Shown piece by piece: positions 33,501 to 42,393 of a stretch of DNA of 64,000 bases. The stretch is from the IMG/VR virus record IMGVR_UViG_3300002131_000090, positions 82,633-146,632 of that record. One strand, written 5' to 3'. Each line of letters opens with the position of its first letter. Within the stretch, counting starts at the first letter, position 1. The notes under the pieces were generated by a model. It was not told the DNA's origin, ran no database searches, and worked only from the letters and a program-made list of their open reading frames with translations. The stretch comes from a virus. A program made the translations under genes and the position numbers.

Positions 33501-36500
33501 ACATGCTCTTTTTGAACCAATGGTAGTTTTACAAGAAAAATGCCTTCTGACATTCCGATAGGTTTTAATCCAAACTCGTTTTGACTATTTCTAAATATAT
33601 TAGAAAACTCTTTACTTACACTTTGACCATTTCCTGCTAACAAGCTATAGTCATAAAATCCATCAAACAAGTTATCAACTACATGATAAGGTCTTTCAAA
33701 TGAAACTTGATTAGCTACAGGACTTACTGTTAATATAGTACCGTTGTCCCAGTTTTGTGTAGTCCAGAATAAGAATTCCTTGACACAAAGTTGCATGTTT
33801 TCTACTGCTTCGGTTTCGGTATTAAAGTATTCAAACTTAAATCCTTGATTTTTTAAATAGTATTCATACCCTAACATAAAGTCAACTAGATCTTGCTTAC
33901 TTGATAGCAGTGTGCCGTATGATAAACGAGAAACTTGAACATCGAAGTTTCTTTTTAATACTGCGCTTGCACCACCAACAATAGGAATACTTGCTATTTG
34001 TGCAAATTTATTTGAATCAAATTCTGTTGTACTTTGATGTGTTGTTTTTGTTCTATAATACTTACTGTTGTATTCGACAATTGTACCAATAGGATATGTT
34101 TTATTTTCAGCCCAAGTCACAAACTTTTCAGAAATACCGCCAACTGTTATTGCAGGATCTGAATTTGTTAATGCCGGAACATTGTATAAGAAAACAGGAT
34201 CTTCTTTATCGTACCCAGATATAAGATAACCGTTTGCGGTTTTTTCTATTATAATACCACTTAACACTGCAATTTCTAATGCAGAACTTGTAATGAATGC
34301 AATTTGATAATTTTCATCTGGTACAAATACACTGGTTTTATTCAGTGGGCTTCTACTATCTAATAATAGTTTTAACTTAGTCTTATCAGCAAACCCGCCT
34401 AGCTTTATTGCAAGTTGGTTGTTTAACCCTTTTAAATTAGTAATGTAATTTGTGTATCTTGATGCATTTTTACCTGACATGTAACTAGCAATATAGTTAA
34501 CCAATCCAGATGTTAGGATAACATTTGTATCTATACCTATTGTTGGAAATTTTAAACTACTAAGAGAAATTCTTTTATCAGTTTCTGTATAAACTAAATT
34601 TCCAGCAGCATCTCTTTTAATCCTACTTAGGTCAAACCCTAGGCCTAATAACTTAGCCGGTTGTAATAGTACCCATGAAGTAATTAAGGAGAACGGGTAT
34701 TCACTACTACGTCTCCATGCAGTTTCAACAGGCGAAGAATCACCAAACTTAAATGCTGCTTGTCCATTTGAAATACTAAAGTTTTTTGCTAATCCACACT
34801 CTAATGGGCTTAATAATTTACCATATTCGTCTACAGGAATAAAGGTTAATAATCCAGGTCTTATATATTTTGGATCTCTTATTATAGCTGCATTTGGTAC
34901 TTTTATAATACCGTCTTGTAGGTCGTTCCATAATATTAAGTTGTCGCTAGTATACGGAGCAGGGCCGTATTGAGCTTCCCACCATGTTGGTTTAATTGTA
35001 AACCCTAACATTTCCCAAGGATGGGTATGAGGTCTATCTGTGTCAAAGTATTTTTTAAAAATACTTCTCCAATAACCTGATATTTCATTATCGTTGTAAT
35101 CTGTCATTGAATAATAGTTATAAGTAAAACTATCTTGACTATCGTAAAACGTATTTGAGGAATAGTCAGGCGATCCTGCTATCTCTATCCATTGTGCAAA
35201 ATCGGCCAGCATTGCATTGTTAATATCTACTGTGTCAAAATTAGTATTTCTAAATGCGCCACCGACAAAACTGTGTACATCTAGCAATGACGTATTGTAC
35301 TCTATTTTGATATTGTTATAAATTCTAGTTTCTAGTTCTAATATTAAGTCATCTCTATAGTCATCAAAGGCAAGTATAATACTACCATCGTGTCCTTGAA
35401 TTACATTTTTAGGAGTACTATAAGAGTTGTCAGTAAACTTCATAGGAAGATATTTTGGATATAATCCTAATTTAGTAGGTGTTGGAGGAATATACGTCCC
35501 GTTTGTTGACTGGTATTCGTAAACTGTAACAGTATCGCCATATACTAAATCTAACACATAAACAAATCTATCTGTAAAATTATAATCATCTCCGTGAACT
35601 AGTTGCACATCGTTTTTATAAACAAGAACAGATTTTGTTGAAAGGGTTAACAGGTCAAAGTCTAATGAAAGTGCAAAATACGACGGGCCGTCATATTCAA
35701 CTGTATGTATAGTTTTAGTATTTGCGCCAACTCCCAGCATATCACTGAAGTAGAAAGGCATAGATGATGTTTTGTCTTTTGTAATAGTAGATAAAATTAA
35801 ATCAACATGCTCTTTTGTACCGCCATGAAATCCAGTGTACTCAAATTCATTAATAAACTGTCTTTTAAATTTTGCATATTCCTTTCTAGCAAATTTTAAA
35901 GATTTAATAATGTTAGCATCTTTATCGGTAACATGGTATAGTGCAAGATTTAAAGGACCACTGTGTTGTACAAAACGCTTGCCGTGTTCGGTTACATTTC
36001 CAAGATCACGCAGGTTGTTAACACCTAAAATATCTCCAGAAAATCCTGGAACATCTTGTACTATACTGCTAACATGATCATTTACTTCGCCAAGTGTAAA
36101 GGTTAACAGATTTTCGTTTAACGGATTTTTTTCAAAGTTAATAGGCATTTCGTAAAACCCATTGCTGTTTTTATTTGCGTTACTATAGCATTTTAAAACA
36201 ACACTTGAATTAGCAGTTGATATTGTAGGTAAGAAAGTAACAATTTTTATATTGTTTCTAGTTGAAAGTGTATAGTGAACGTTTTCTTCTTTCTTTACAC
36301 CATCGAGATATACTCTAACAACAAGATCTGTTAACAATCCGCTGGAGACGGTAAAAACGTCAACTTTGTAAGGACCGGGTTCACTTACGTACTGTCTTAT
36401 AACAGGTTGTTTACTATTAGCAATTGCTTTTTTCCAACCGTTTACATATATAGATTGATCTCCTATATTATTATAAGATTTTAAAAATCCAGTATCGGTG

Positions 36501-38428
36501 TAGACAGTAATTGATTCCTGTGCAGTGTCTTGGTATATAAATGAACTGTCTAGTATATTAAAATCAAAAAGGATATCGCCAATATTGTTAATATTTCTAT
36601 AAGATAATGAAAATCCTAATTCGCTATCAGCTGTGCTAGTTCCAACTTGGTAGCTAAAAAGTTTATTTCCTGCAAAAGTACTATAAGGATATATTATAGA
36701 ATCGTTAAAAGAATTTCCATCTTTATCAAACATATCAAATAACGGTGCTTGGTTTACTGCTGTTTTTTCTTGTGATGGATTCCACAAAGTTCCGTTATAG
36801 TAGAACATCTTTCCTTTGTATTCAGTTCCTTGCAGTACTAATACTGTTTCGTTAATAACAGGAGAAGAATCGGTTGTAGCAATTAAACTGATCTGTCTAC
36901 GACCGTTATGAGTTATAAAGTTTACTTCGTAAATGTTATTAGCTACTAGTATGTCTTTATCAGCAGTAAATAAGATACGCATACCATCAACTAAATTGAT
37001 TCCGTCAACGTTGTATCCAATACTACCTTCAATGTTGCTAAAAACATCTGTAGTGTAAGTATCAACTAAGTCAACATTTACTTTACATTTTGTACCGTGC
37101 TGAAACAGTTTTAACCCTGCTTCAAATTCAATAATAGGACGTTTAGCTCGTTGGGTTTGATCAAGAACAACAGGTTGATTGTTAATATAAGCAACTTGTT
37201 CGATAATTGAACGATGGCACCATCTGTTATATCTACTCCACGGGTTTCTGTCTGCACTTGCTCTATTAATTACAATGTAATCTTTAGTGCCAGGAAAACT
37301 AGTACCATCTTCAAAGGGATATTGATCAAATGCTTCGTCGCCGCCATCAAACGGAATTTTATATTCGCTTGTAAAAATTGATGGTACTTCTAGATTCTTT
37401 TCTGATACTAGTACTATAGAATTACCAACACCTTCAACATACCAATAACCTTCGGCATATGTATCAGGAATAACTGTTCCAATAAACTTTAGTTTCATTC
37501 CATTACTTAATTCAGTACCGTTGCTAGTTTTATAAGTTTTCTTTCCTAGTATATCCGAGTTTATATCGAGTTCTGTATTTTCAGTTATATCATTAATTGA
37601 AAAAATACCACTAACGTTAATATCATTCTGACTAACGTAGTATAATGTATCAGGCGCATTATCAGGAACTGTAAATTCAATAACTCCGTCTTCTACATAA
37701 ACAGTTTCTTTTGAAACGCCTGTGTTATAGAAATTAGTTGTATTAAATTCTCTATTACTTGTAATAGCTATTGGATGCCCAACAGTATTGATTTCAAATT
37801 TATAACGTTGTCCTCTATACAACTTAATGATAGGGTTTCTTTCAATTCCTGTAGTAGGATAATCTGTTTCTGTGAATATATAAGACGGAGTAGCAATATC
37901 ATAAACTAGACTTATCGAATATGTACTTACTACACTTCTTGATGTTCCGTATACAGTTATAGAATCCGGGCCCATAGGTAGCCAATAGTATTCTCTAAAG
38001 TTTGTAAACTTATCCCAATCGATATGAGGGTTCCATGTATAAAATTCTTGACTGTTTGTTAAACTATGATTACTAGTTGTACCTTTAAAGTTTTTAATTT
38101 GAGATATATAATCATTGTAATTCTTTAAAAAGTTTACATTGTTTAATTCATCTTTATAAACTGCAACTGGCTCAAACTGATAGTTTGATCTATCTGCTGA
38201 TACGTCCTCAAGGTAGCTATCATCAACTGATCTAGTTTTTGAATGTCTTCTTCCTGCAAAAACATTAAGTTTTTCAACAACACCTGGTGCAAGCATTTGA
38301 TCAATAGTACTACTGATAAACTTTTTATTAATGTCTGTTCTAAAGTATTTTGGTAGAAAGTTTGATGAACTTCTGTCAGTGTTATTGCCTGCAGGAAGAT
38401 TAAATTCGTCTTGATTACTGTTAGCCAT
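24509..38428 (-). CDS. giant multidomain baseplate wedge/adhesin structural protein (4639 aa)
   Basis: 13.9-kb uninterrupted ORF coupled to gp6 by TAATG (T4 gp7 position); FG-GAP-like repeats, CBM5/12-like modules, GxGY and DGSTT repeats. Confidence 0.7.
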   Translation of the reverse strand: MANSNQDEFNLPAGNNTDRSSSNFLPKYFRTDINKKFISSTIDQMLAPGVVEKLNVFAGRRHSKTRSVDDSYLEDVSADRSNYQFEPVAVYKDELNNVNFLKNYNDYISQIKNFKGTTSNHSLTNSQEFYTWNPHIDWDKFTNFREYYWLPMGPDSITVYGTSRSVVSTYSISLVYDIATPSYIFTETDYPTTGIERNPIIKLYRGQRYKFEINTVGHPIAITSNREFNTTNFYNTGVSKETVYVEDGVIEFTVPDNAPDTLYYVSQNDINVSGIFSINDITENTELDINSDILGKKTYKTSNGTELSNGMKLKFIGTVIPDTYAEGYWYVEGVGNSIVLVSEKNLEVPSIFTSEYKIPFDGGDEAFDQYPFEDGTSFPGTKDYIVINRASADRNPWSRYNRWCHRSIIEQVAYINNQPVVLDQTQRAKRPIIEFEAGLKLFQHGTKCKVNVDLVDTYTTDVFSNIEGSIGYNVDGINLVDGMRILFTADKDILVANNIYEVNFITHNGRRQISLIATTDSSPVINETVLVLQGTEYKGKMFYYNGTLWNPSQEKTAVNQAPLFDMFDKDGNSFNDSIIYPYSTFAGNKLFSYQVGTSTADSELGFSLSYRNINNIGDILFDFNILDSSFIYQDTAQESITVYTDTGFLKSYNNIGDQSIYVNGWKKAIANSKQPVIRQYVSEPGPYKVDVFTVSSGLLTDLVVRVYLDGVKKEENVHYTLSTRNNIKIVTFLPTISTANSSVVLKCYSNANKNSNGFYEMPINFEKNPLNENLLTFTLGEVNDHVSSIVQDVPGFSGDILGVNNLRDLGNVTEHGKRFVQHSGPLNLALYHVTDKDANIIKSLKFARKEYAKFKRQFINEFEYTGFHGGTKEHVDLILSTITKDKTSSMPFYFSDMLGVGANTKTIHTVEYDGPSYFALSLDFDLLTLSTKSVLVYKNDVQLVHGDDYNFTDRFVYVLDLVYGDTVTVYEYQSTNGTYIPPTPTKLGLYPKYLPMKFTDNSYSTPKNVIQGHDGSIILAFDDYRDDLILELETRIYNNIKIEYNTSLLDVHSFVGGAFRNTNFDTVDINNAMLADFAQWIEIAGSPDYSSNTFYDSQDSFTYNYYSMTDYNDNEISGYWRSIFKKYFDTDRPHTHPWEMLGFTIKPTWWEAQYGPAPYTSDNLILWNDLQDGIIKVPNAAIIRDPKYIRPGLLTFIPVDEYGKLLSPLECGLAKNFSISNGQAAFKFGDSSPVETAWRRSSEYPFSLITSWVLLQPAKLLGLGFDLSRIKRDAAGNLVYTETDKRISLSSLKFPTIGIDTNVILTSGLVNYIASYMSGKNASRYTNYITNLKGLNNQLAIKLGGFADKTKLKLLLDSRSPLNKTSVFVPDENYQIAFITSSALEIAVLSGIIIEKTANGYLISGYDKEDPVFLYNVPALTNSDPAITVGGISEKFVTWAENKTYPIGTIVEYNSKYYRTKTTHQSTTEFDSNKFAQIASIPIVGGASAVLKRNFDVQVSRLSYGTLLSSKQDLVDFMLGYEYYLKNQGFKFEYFNTETEAVENMQLCVKEFLFWTTQNWDNGTILTVSPVANQVSFERPYHVVDNLFDGFYDYSLLAGNGQSVSKEFSNIFRNSQNEFGLKPIGMSEGIFLVKLPLVQKEHVILIDNETVFNDVIFDKITGYRQDRIKLVGYRTDNWNGSLNIPGFIYDDAKVTVWSIWTDYSLGDLVKYKEFYYVSTVKHTSNEYFDANHWSILNDRPEPELLPNWDYRVNQFTDFYSLDTDNFDSEQQRLGQHLIGYQKRNYLSNIITDSVSQYKFYQGFIQDKGTKNSLTKLFDALSSANTDSLEFYEEWAIRLGQYGSVENNIEVEFKLDESKYRLEPQLFELVNNTNVNRTDLTYELLQSDAVLLPTDYDHSALFSTTVNKSIFTKNSGYCRNEDVTFVSESEEQLVNLNIDDIQIGDFVWIKNQKQNWNAIRHVSTGYNVESIIARLPDETTFDATDLIGFTVYFDTTVDFVEDELVGLRSRLDGVNGFHKVKSVVGNEVVFITQAEITEPDEGDDSTVINVSRFVKRRFTDINDLNQNIKQVASEFDDTVWIDSGEESFAVFTNNPVFSVQQEIVNPDVTSTGFSTSFDINDSNAVVVVGSIDNSVRIYTRNVEAQEKTLFQTLLVNSTIDVDSKYGFDVAISEDGKYIAVGAPNASNAKTYYAGYVEPDKSYNIGDIVNDRGTLWRALTDIASWGSGDSSTIDINDQDWAPAYLNETSEFGNTDFGYTNQGAVFLYERRIDDNTYELSHCIVSPNPTTDERFGYKVELRKTSTGLTKLFVGAPGEDAVDQGRIYFLDNTDDAWTYTKDRKFKGSYSDYAKYDINDIVFESNVLYKALTNIDAGVSPPTSINTDWQVVTDVEHTGYVPHGDLSIEASEASLFSTATNIGKIFDVNKLADIFVMPASTDQNNAAAHERVTIYRHTDNRWTYSQSIDTDDSLEDFGYVVAIDEVGEKIAIGAPLNDDAGIDQGVVYVYKQVTTDNVSTYTLNQTLKSPFDEPNEAFGTGLDFYGNKLAISGKNTDTKIHTTLDRYTELNYNVVVGKDEDGANIYSVYVFDNTSAESAAPTTFDGNSTKLITTIKDSGRVSIWQEIDDYYIYGEDAAYNRNIKFNDVSNFKLVNNHLYIGLPKVDLNLVGDSSLEDGYNITDNSSVGILADLRSEQNANAWVNIAQQSGKVSIPAIQRCFLYANDTSDLILNLDIIDPRQGKFAGPAEQELSFKTHYDPATYSVNASGTITDITVDSSINWTDKYVGMLWWDMSTASWYNPYQGDIQYRSSVWNKLTVGSTVDVYEWVRSDVSPTEWAALADTTAGISRGISGLPLYDDTIFSFKNTYDVEKNTTVLKYYFWVKNNRILPQNNNNRRLSAQQVAALIEDPAGFGYRFIAPLDKDKFALYNSKGLVEGTNTILHFGFYKDNELQSNTHNEYQLITEGLDTSRVNSEIETKWFDSLIGYDSNNKPVPDTRLTVKQKYGILNVPRQSMFVNRIEALKQFVERVNIVFAENQIVDNYNLTGMLLKDEVPNINVGKYDTTADTVSQLQFLGVAKLSQAVLQPTVVNGKITNVTILNAGRGYKVSPVVTVTDTYGSRAIIKTTINNLGQVTSVNIRSQGKNYSPDTALEVRPFSVLVSSDSEIGNRWAIYSWDSAQQVWFRTSNQAYDTTRYWSYTDWYAEGYASSTEIKHLIDSSYKLYPLNDIIGDIVKIENVGSGGWLLLEKVDDQLTEDYTINYRTVGRQNGTLQLSPYLYTVSTGFDNGIYDTSFYDREPIYELRNIIIALRDDIFISDLAVEYNKLFFAGVRYAFAEQSNIDWIFKTSFVRAKHNLGDFRQELTFQNDNLENYQDYVNEVKPYSTKVREYISSYTYVEPTGSLTTDFDLPPSYNEETNIIETSIATVQDGVVTNILDKYLYSPYDNWVDNNGYHVVSYEVVEGGSGYTSSPAVTVTPSNGATARAYVRKGAVYQVELITRGERFITPPTVTVADPDTNGYTAKVSPVLGNPLVRSAHITIKFDRVSGNYYVTDLKPNVDGYETFVGTGSQRTFNTKWPLDIRTDQYSVYINNTLQLSSTYTVSNSFTTDQEKLYDDESFNYDTLQNTAAGPGTSHLTLGYNVQRGRIRFVKAPAVGAVIKVYYMKDVSFLSAADRINFFYNPTTGMAGKDLAQLMDGVEYSGVKFDSIGFGNEQGFGGLFGAAPWDTFDNTYEDEIFVLDGSTTVFQLSKALEDGVEYNFYLNGVRLDDPEYDLTTVLSNPNAVLETIVGDGVTDTITIDEDLVPTFAGDIVIIRKSTSDGSYTPSSTSYDTALGGGNLAYTTATGLLTEDITVDGDGFVTPTTSKGPEELVPGEIVDTLDIKVYHRDSDGVGVISTTNYVLLDGSTVIFGLPGIAQTTESVIVKLDNVIQDPSRYNLNFENNTLEFADSSISIGSSLAITTIGTNGNNLIETNYFTSDGSTTTFITGAIWTDSLSVFLTVNGIVKTSGVDYNYLVTTTEDNASNRLKIVFEPGILAEGDFFQYSIYSTTVKTYSQVVIDRTFESNGTTDYHTVNPAPFESQPFSHKILVKVNDTILNPGYSTSYTTQSHRTYDIEEWQFEDISLIDEAEVLVFADGVRLTRTEFTWDPINGRITLLRNDVAPQGTKLDIFVIGDAEYYFVDTQIDLQSIDSSEINISSTFNVGDEIVIQSIDSSATSVNAIIKSISQSSVVVRSYRKDIHALFTQYNSTEFNILLLSNSEVNHDAYITDVSYVLSDSVTFAIAPSSGEEVEIYTFSNHDVNQFERITYKVRTVGITNPEDSTGYAPLPIDTFSYIQRNLIVGGYVRLRGTISSAEYAWVSVNGTLLTPHIDYYLLPAGDAIQLVNKPLENDIIDVLQFANAPTTAKFGFRIFKDMLDRTHYKRLNQDKGYALISSLNYYDHKISLESADGLFQPNTSKNIPGVIFIEGERIEYFGISGRDLTQLRRGTLGTGVRNVYAVGTVAYGQGLDETINYSDVILSQTTISDGSSGSYQIAFRDYMASTNVNEIDVFVGGIRLRKTALTVHNPSLDIDRYNSNKGTVTLEPEFTISGNDVLLSTTPDAGIDVKIVRKTGKIWNNGNNSLAQSDNAISRFLRGATISLPK

Positions 38429-41400
38429 TAGTAAATAAAGCCCCCGGTTGTTGTTGTTGCAGTACTAATGCCACTAGTAACTGTATTTGGTGTGGTAGCA
38501 GTTGTTGATGTTACTATGCTACCACTTGCTTTTAATCTCTCAGCAGTTATTGAAGAAATAATTTCTACATCTTTAACTGTTGCAGCACTTATGAAGATTT
38601 CATCTGATTCTGCTTTTATTTCAAATAAACTACCAAAACTACTAGTAGCATCTCTCGGAACAAGAACAATACTGCTTATATCTGGTGCTAAATCTTGCAT
38701 AATATAAGTAGACAATTCACTCCAATAAAAAGTTTCTCCAAAGTCCCAATTGTCTAATGCAAAAAACTTGTTAATAGCACCAATTGTTCTAGATTTTAAA
38801 TCATTGTCATCAGTTACACGCCCGGCATTTTTTACTATTTTAAATGTAGCTTGCATATTTGTATCGCTCTTACTTCCAAATAATATTTTATATTTTACAG
38901 GATGATAAATTACTTCATCGCTTATACTTTTAATTTTATTAATTGCAGTACCGTAACTTCTATAAAGTTGGTCACTACTTTGTGCCAACGGTTTAACAGC
39001 TAATACTCCATTAAGATAATATCTAAAGTTTGTATCATATTGCTTTGTTAAAATATATGTGTCTATGATATTAGTACTACTTGGATCAATACGACTATTT
39101 TCATCTGCTGCATGAAGATATTGGAATTTTATATTATCTCTTCCAATGTATGCTGTATAATCGTACAATTGAGTTAACGCTCTTGTTGAGCTGTTTAGTT
39201 GTTTAAACACATTGTCGTCAACTATGTAATATATAGGATTGCCTTCAGCTAACAAGTTTGGCGATGAGCCAGTTGCTACTGTTACTATGTTCTCTGTAGT
39301 TGCGTTAACATATACATTAAAAACATTATTGTTTATAAGAATATTTTTAGTAAAGACAAAGTTAGTTGGACTTACAATAATAGCAAAAGTATCAGGATCA
39401 TCAACTACTCCATCATCATCGAGATCTGCAAATGTTACTTCAATTTTTTTACTATCGATGTACCCTGCTGTATCACGATATTCGCTAACTATTTTCCATT
39501 CTAAATCTCTACTAAAAGGACGTCCAACATATGTGTTTACGTCACTGTTAATACTTAAAACAGATACAGTGTCTTTAATAATGCCGCCGGTCTTACTATC
39601 GTATATTTTTTTACTGCTATCATAATAAAATCTACATTCAGTGTCGCTTTCAAAAATATATCTTAATGTTTTGTAAGTCATTTCGTAATCAAAGCCGTTT
39701 GTTTCAAACAATATAATCCAACTACTATCAAGTTGTTGACCTGTTGTGTCTCCTGCTAACCCAAGGCTAAAATCGTCTATTAAATTAAGATCTGTAGGAA
39801 GAATAACTGTCCAACTTCTAGTTTCTCTATCATATCTTATTCCAAATGTTCTGTATGAAAACATATTATCAATAATTTGTATTTTTGTATCGTCATTTAA
39901 GTCTCTTACAAATTTTGGTTTTGCAAAACTTAATAATGCACCGTTTGGTATTATATCGTTAAAAACGATAGGTCCAAGTCCAGTTGTACTACTAACTTCT
40001 GTACCTGTTTCAAATACACTTACAACTTTTGTCCAAATATAACTTACCATGCCGGTATCATACAGATTAGTTGGTGTTACTAGTTTATTGTTATTTTTAG
40101 TATCAAACATTTGAGAACCCGGTGCAATAAATTTCACCATAGCATTTGGTTCAACAAAACGTAAAGGGCCTTCAGTAGAACTTCCTACTGTATAAGTTAT
40201 TCCGGCTGCATCAACTAATTTACCAGTTGAAAGATTAACTGTACTAGTAATAGCGTTCCACGTTAATCCTAAGTCAATATAATTTTGATCTGGGTATTGA
40301 TCTAGATAAAAACTTCTTACATTTTTATCTTCTAATATTTCAGTTATTTGATTATCAATTATACTTTCGATATCGGTTCTTGTTAAGAAAGAAAAGTTAG
40401 TTTTTTTATCTAGGAATTCTTTATAAAGTATGCCGTCTGTGCCAAAAATATTTGTTGTACTATATTTTCCAGTTGCATCTAATATATCATAGTATCTACT
40501 GATACCACTTGCTGTTCTATTAACTGCTTTAACTTTAATAATATCTTGACTTACTCCTAGCGGACCTATGTTATAGTCTTCGCCAGTAATTAAACGATTT
40601 TGTGTATAATAAGTTGCAGGAGCATTACTTTTAATACTGTCAGTAGATTCTGAACTACTAGCATTATCTACTGTAGTTTTTAGATCTAACATAACTGTTA
40701 AAGTTTCTTGTCTTCCAATTTTACTTACATAAGGCAATTTTAACGTAATGTTACTCATACCTTGTGGAAGTATAGTGTAATCTGTATTTGCACTAGTTCT
40801 ATAATATGTTCTAAATGTTCCTTTAGGAAGATTTCCAAATATACCATCAGAGAATATTAAACTAATTCTGTCGCTTACTCTAGTTAACACACTATAAATA
40901 TTTCTAAGTTTTTTATTCAAACTATTGTAAACAACATTGTTGCCTTCTACTGCGTCAACTTTTGACCACAGTTCAGATTCATTGCCGTTTGCATCTAGTG
41001 AATAAAGCCATACATCGTCATGGTTTATGTTTTCTGCATCAATGTCAACTGTTTGACTAGGAACGGGAGAATCGATTGCAAAGTCTCCTCTTTGCAATGT
41101 TCCTTGTCTAAAGTGTGCAAAGAATCCAGTTGTGTTACTGCCTGCACCTTGGCCGTTATCTCTGTATAAGAATCCAAATTGTTGTCCAGGAAGAGGTGCT
41201 TCTTCAACTACATTACCGTCTGACATACCGGTACTAACAACTTCAAAGTCTAATGATCTACTATTAACAGACTTGTTAAAAGAAAATACAGAAACACTAT
41301 TAGTTATGTTGTTAATACGATATTGCTCAGTTGGTATTCCGCTTATGTTTTCAAACTTTAACGGTCTTCCAAACGTGTTTTGTACAGGCAATGCTGCATT

Positions 41401-41886
41401 TAGAATTTTTGTAAAATGATCAAACCAGTCTGGATTAGTAGTATCGTTCCATACTGCTGATCTATTACTTAAATTAAGGCCGTTACTGTCTAATACAGAT
41501 TCAGATGTTTTAACACTGGTGAATTTTAATAGACCATTTGCTGATTTGTTTCTAGTAGGATTATAACTTAATAGTCTTGCTAAACGCAATACGCTTTCTC
41601 TGCGTTCTGCTAATTCAATAAAGTTTTCTCTAGCATTTAGATCAATACGGAAACTTATGTTTTGCCCGAGGAAAGCAATCATGTCAATTAATGCAAGGTA
41701 CTCTGAACTTTCAATGTAATCATTGAAGTCTTCAGGGTAGTTTGTACGAAGATATTCAATCATTGTTCTTCGTAGATTGTCAAAGTCATAGCTTTTGAAA
41801 TCGGCATATTTAAAACTTTGATAGACTTTTTTCCAGTCTTCTGCAAGCAATAATCTGTTTTGTCTGTCAGTTGATGACATGGGCAC
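38428..41886 (-). CDS. gp6: baseplate wedge subunit, T4 gp6-like
   Basis: DFDNLRRTMIEYL...LIDMIAF...ENFIELAERRESVLRLARLLSYNP; ESTDSIKSNAP...QNRLITGEDY; follows gp25. Confidence 0.8.
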   Translation of the reverse strand: MPMSSTDRQNRLLLAEDWKKVYQSFKYADFKSYDFDNLRRTMIEYLRTNYPEDFNDYIESSEYLALIDMIAFLGQNISFRIDLNARENFIELAERRESVLRLARLLSYNPTRNKSANGLLKFTSVKTSESVLDSNGLNLSNRSAVWNDTTNPDWFDHFTKILNAALPVQNTFGRPLKFENISGIPTEQYRINNITNSVSVFSFNKSVNSRSLDFEVVSTGMSDGNVVEEAPLPGQQFGFLYRDNGQGAGSNTTGFFAHFRQGTLQRGDFAIDSPVPSQTVDIDAENINHDDVWLYSLDANGNESELWSKVDAVEGNNVVYNSLNKKLRNIYSVLTRVSDRISLIFSDGIFGNLPKGTFRTYYRTSANTDYTILPQGMSNITLKLPYVSKIGRQETLTVMLDLKTTVDNASSSESTDSIKSNAPATYYTQNRLITGEDYNIGPLGVSQDIIKVKAVNRTASGISRYYDILDATGKYSTTNIFGTDGILYKEFLDKKTNFSFLTRTDIESIIDNQITEILEDKNVRSFYLDQYPDQNYIDLGLTWNAITSTVNLSTGKLVDAAGITYTVGSSTEGPLRFVEPNAMVKFIAPGSQMFDTKNNNKLVTPTNLYDTGMVSYIWTKVVSVFETGTEVSSTTGLGPIVFNDIIPNGALLSFAKPKFVRDLNDDTKIQIIDNMFSYRTFGIRYDRETRSWTVILPTDLNLIDDFSLGLAGDTTGQQLDSSWIILFETNGFDYEMTYKTLRYIFESDTECRFYYDSSKKIYDSKTGGIIKDTVSVLSINSDVNTYVGRPFSRDLEWKIVSEYRDTAGYIDSKKIEVTFADLDDDGVVDDPDTFAIIVSPTNFVFTKNILINNNVFNVYVNATTENIVTVATGSSPNLLAEGNPIYYIVDDNVFKQLNSSTRALTQLYDYTAYIGRDNIKFQYLHAADENSRIDPSSTNIIDTYILTKQYDTNFRYYLNGVLAVKPLAQSSDQLYRSYGTAINKIKSISDEVIYHPVKYKILFGSKSDTNMQATFKIVKNAGRVTDDNDLKSRTIGAINKFFALDNWDFGETFYWSELSTYIMQDLAPDISSIVLVPRDATSSFGSLFEIKAESDEIFISAATVKDVEIISSITAERLKASGSIVTSTTATTPNTVTSGISTATTTTGGFIY

Positions 41887-41905
41887 GTTTCCTCATTATA
41901 TCTTA

Positions 41906-41913
41906 TATTTATG
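41906..41913 (-). promoter_or_regulatory. T4-like late promoter (CATAAATA)
   Basis: TAAATA core upstream of the gp6 GAGG RBS. Confidence 0.5.
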
Positions 41914-41934
41914 AGATTTATAAAGTGCGTAGAT

Positions 41935-42381
41935 TTAATTCAATCCATTATTTTGATCAAATGTAAAACGTAATTTTTCACTAATGTTGTATTCTAAGTA
42001 CGTTAATTCACATTCAATTTGTATTCCTGATTCGTAGCTATCTACAACTACTCTGTCTACTTTAACTCTTGGTTCATGCACTGACACTATTTCGGTAACA
42101 TTTTGAACTATTATATCTTTAAGAGAATCAGTTAATGGTTCATATAATATATCCCATATTATAGTACCAAACCCAGGGTTTTCTAACTTTTCACCTAATC
42201 GAATATGAAAATGATTTACAATGTCTTGTTTTATTAATGCAAGGTCATATAATTTAAATTCTTTACTGTTTGAATTAACTGTGCTAATTCCACGATAAGC
42301 ACCTGCAGTAACTAAAGGAAGTTCTTTCTTTGGCAATTGCAATCTTAAATTTTTATAAAGATTTTTTTCTAATGTACTCAT
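41935..42381 (-). CDS. gp25: baseplate wedge subunit gp25 / GPW
   Basis: LIKQDIVNHFHIRLGEKLENPGFGTIIWDILYEP...EPRV. Confidence 0.85.
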   Translation of the reverse strand: MSTLEKNLYKNLRLQLPKKELPLVTAGAYRGISTVNSNSKEFKLYDLALIKQDIVNHFHIRLGEKLENPGFGTIIWDILYEPLTDSLKDIIVQNVTEIVSVHEPRVKVDRVVVDSYESGIQIECELTYLEYNISEKLRFTFDQNNGLN

Positions 42382-42385
42382 ACTA

Positions 42386-42393
42386 TATTTACC
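42386..42393 (-). promoter_or_regulatory. T4-like late promoter (GGTAAATA), 4 nt from the gp25 ATG
   Basis: TAAATA core directly before the start codon. Confidence 0.4.
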
